A stretch of DNA of 63,565 nucleotides, filler included, from Octopus bimaculoides (lineage: Eukaryota), in assembly GCF_001194135.2 (NCBI RefSeq). It is 6 parts of 6 records of this genome, joined end to end, with 100 filler letters (N's around TTAATTAATTAA, not from the genome) between each part and the next. Parts side by side here need not be neighbours in the genome. Positions count along the whole stretch, not along the records: positions 61,673 to 63,565 come from NW_026369172.1; 5 more parts are not named here. One strand, given 5' to 3'. The notes beneath the pieces are model-generated. The model searched no databases. It worked only from the letters and a program-made list of their open reading frames with translations, and had not been told where the DNA came from. Made by a program: the position numbers and the translations under genes. Every line of letters starts with the position of its first letter. Position 1 is the first letter of the stretch. Below, piece after piece: positions 63,197 to 63,565 of this stretch.

Positions 63197-63250
63197 TGTC
63201 CCTAAGTGAGGATCGAACTCATCAGCCTCAGATTTATCAATATGGTTTGG
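63197..63250 (-). pseudogene. Decayed partial tRNA-Met copy (3' exon plus intron remnant)
   Basis: tgtccctaagtgaggatcgaactcatcagcctcagatt aligns to tgccccaggtgaggatcgaactcacgaccttcagatt of the intact gene; the intron-like tggtttg follows; the 5' half is not recognisable. Confidence 0.65.
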
Positions 63251-63334
63251 GGAATTTTTAATTCTATCAAGCATTTATACATTCCTTTATAAAATAGGTT
63301 TTCTTCCGTGTCAGAAAATATAATTATTCAACTT

Positions 63335-63345
63335 AAAAAATAAAA
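63335..63345 (-). terminator. RNA polymerase III oligo-T terminator of tRNA-Met
   Basis: TTTTATTTTTT on the minus strand, 6 nt after the discriminator base. Confidence 0.7.
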
Positions 63346-63351
63346 CTAATG

Positions 63352-63446
63352 TGCCCCAGGTGAGGATCGAACTCACGACCTTCAGATTCCTCTACAGAAT
63401 TGGTTTGATTATGAGACTGACGCGCTGCCTACTGCGCTACCGAGGC
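63352..63446 (-). tRNA. tRNA-Met-CAT: tRNA-Met(CAT), elongator type, with 22-nt intron at 63388-63409
   Basis: Minus strand GCCTCGGTAGCGCAGTAGGCAGCGCGTCAGTCTCATA[ATCAAACCAATTCTGTAGAGGA]ATCTGAAGGTCGTGAGTTCGATCCTCACCTGGGGCA. The 73-nt spliced form folds as a cloverleaf (7-bp acceptor with two G.U pairs, T stem GTGAG/CTCAC, U31.U39 typical of elongator Met) with intact A and B boxes. Confidence 0.93.
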
Positions 63447-63565
63447 ACTGACAATAAGTTCTTCTAGTTGACTTTAAAGGAAAACAATTACTTTCTGATT
63501 ATTTTGTCAACTACTAAGTCTATTATTTCACATATACAGCATTACTAAAGGAGAAGTAATTATTA

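Overview
Eukaryotic draft-assembly DNA: AT-rich, extremely microsatellite-rich, with roughly 5-6 kb of N gaps. The SINE/LINE families and repeat density suggest a cephalopod, most likely Octopus (inference from recall, not a database search). There is no long intact ORF, and almost all entries in the ORF track are gap or microsatellite artefacts. Supported content: (1) a head-to-head pair of spliced genes whose start codons are 254 bp apart around an NRF1-like palindrome and CCAAT box (14.85-15.28 kb); the plus-strand gene can be followed through 3-4 phase-compatible small exons and starts with a signal-peptide-like segment; (2) an intact elongator tRNA-Met(CAT) with a 22-nt canonical-position intron, plus a decayed partial tandem copy (63.2-63.45 kb); (3) four unrelated minimal type-I hammerhead ribozyme motifs, three with palindromic stem III (13.36, 19.23, 25.92, 42.98 kb), plus a decayed hammerhead-like family, probably Penelope-like/retrozyme remnants; (4) three Tc1/mariner relics (a DD34D mariner, a maT/DD37D-like element, and a rearranged mariner MITE); (5) many tRNA-derived SINEs of three families and RTE-clade LINE 3' ends with (GAT)n tails in both orientations; (6) several long inverted repeats able to form dsRNA. 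The 44N-TTAATTAATTAA-44N blocks are assembly linkers.
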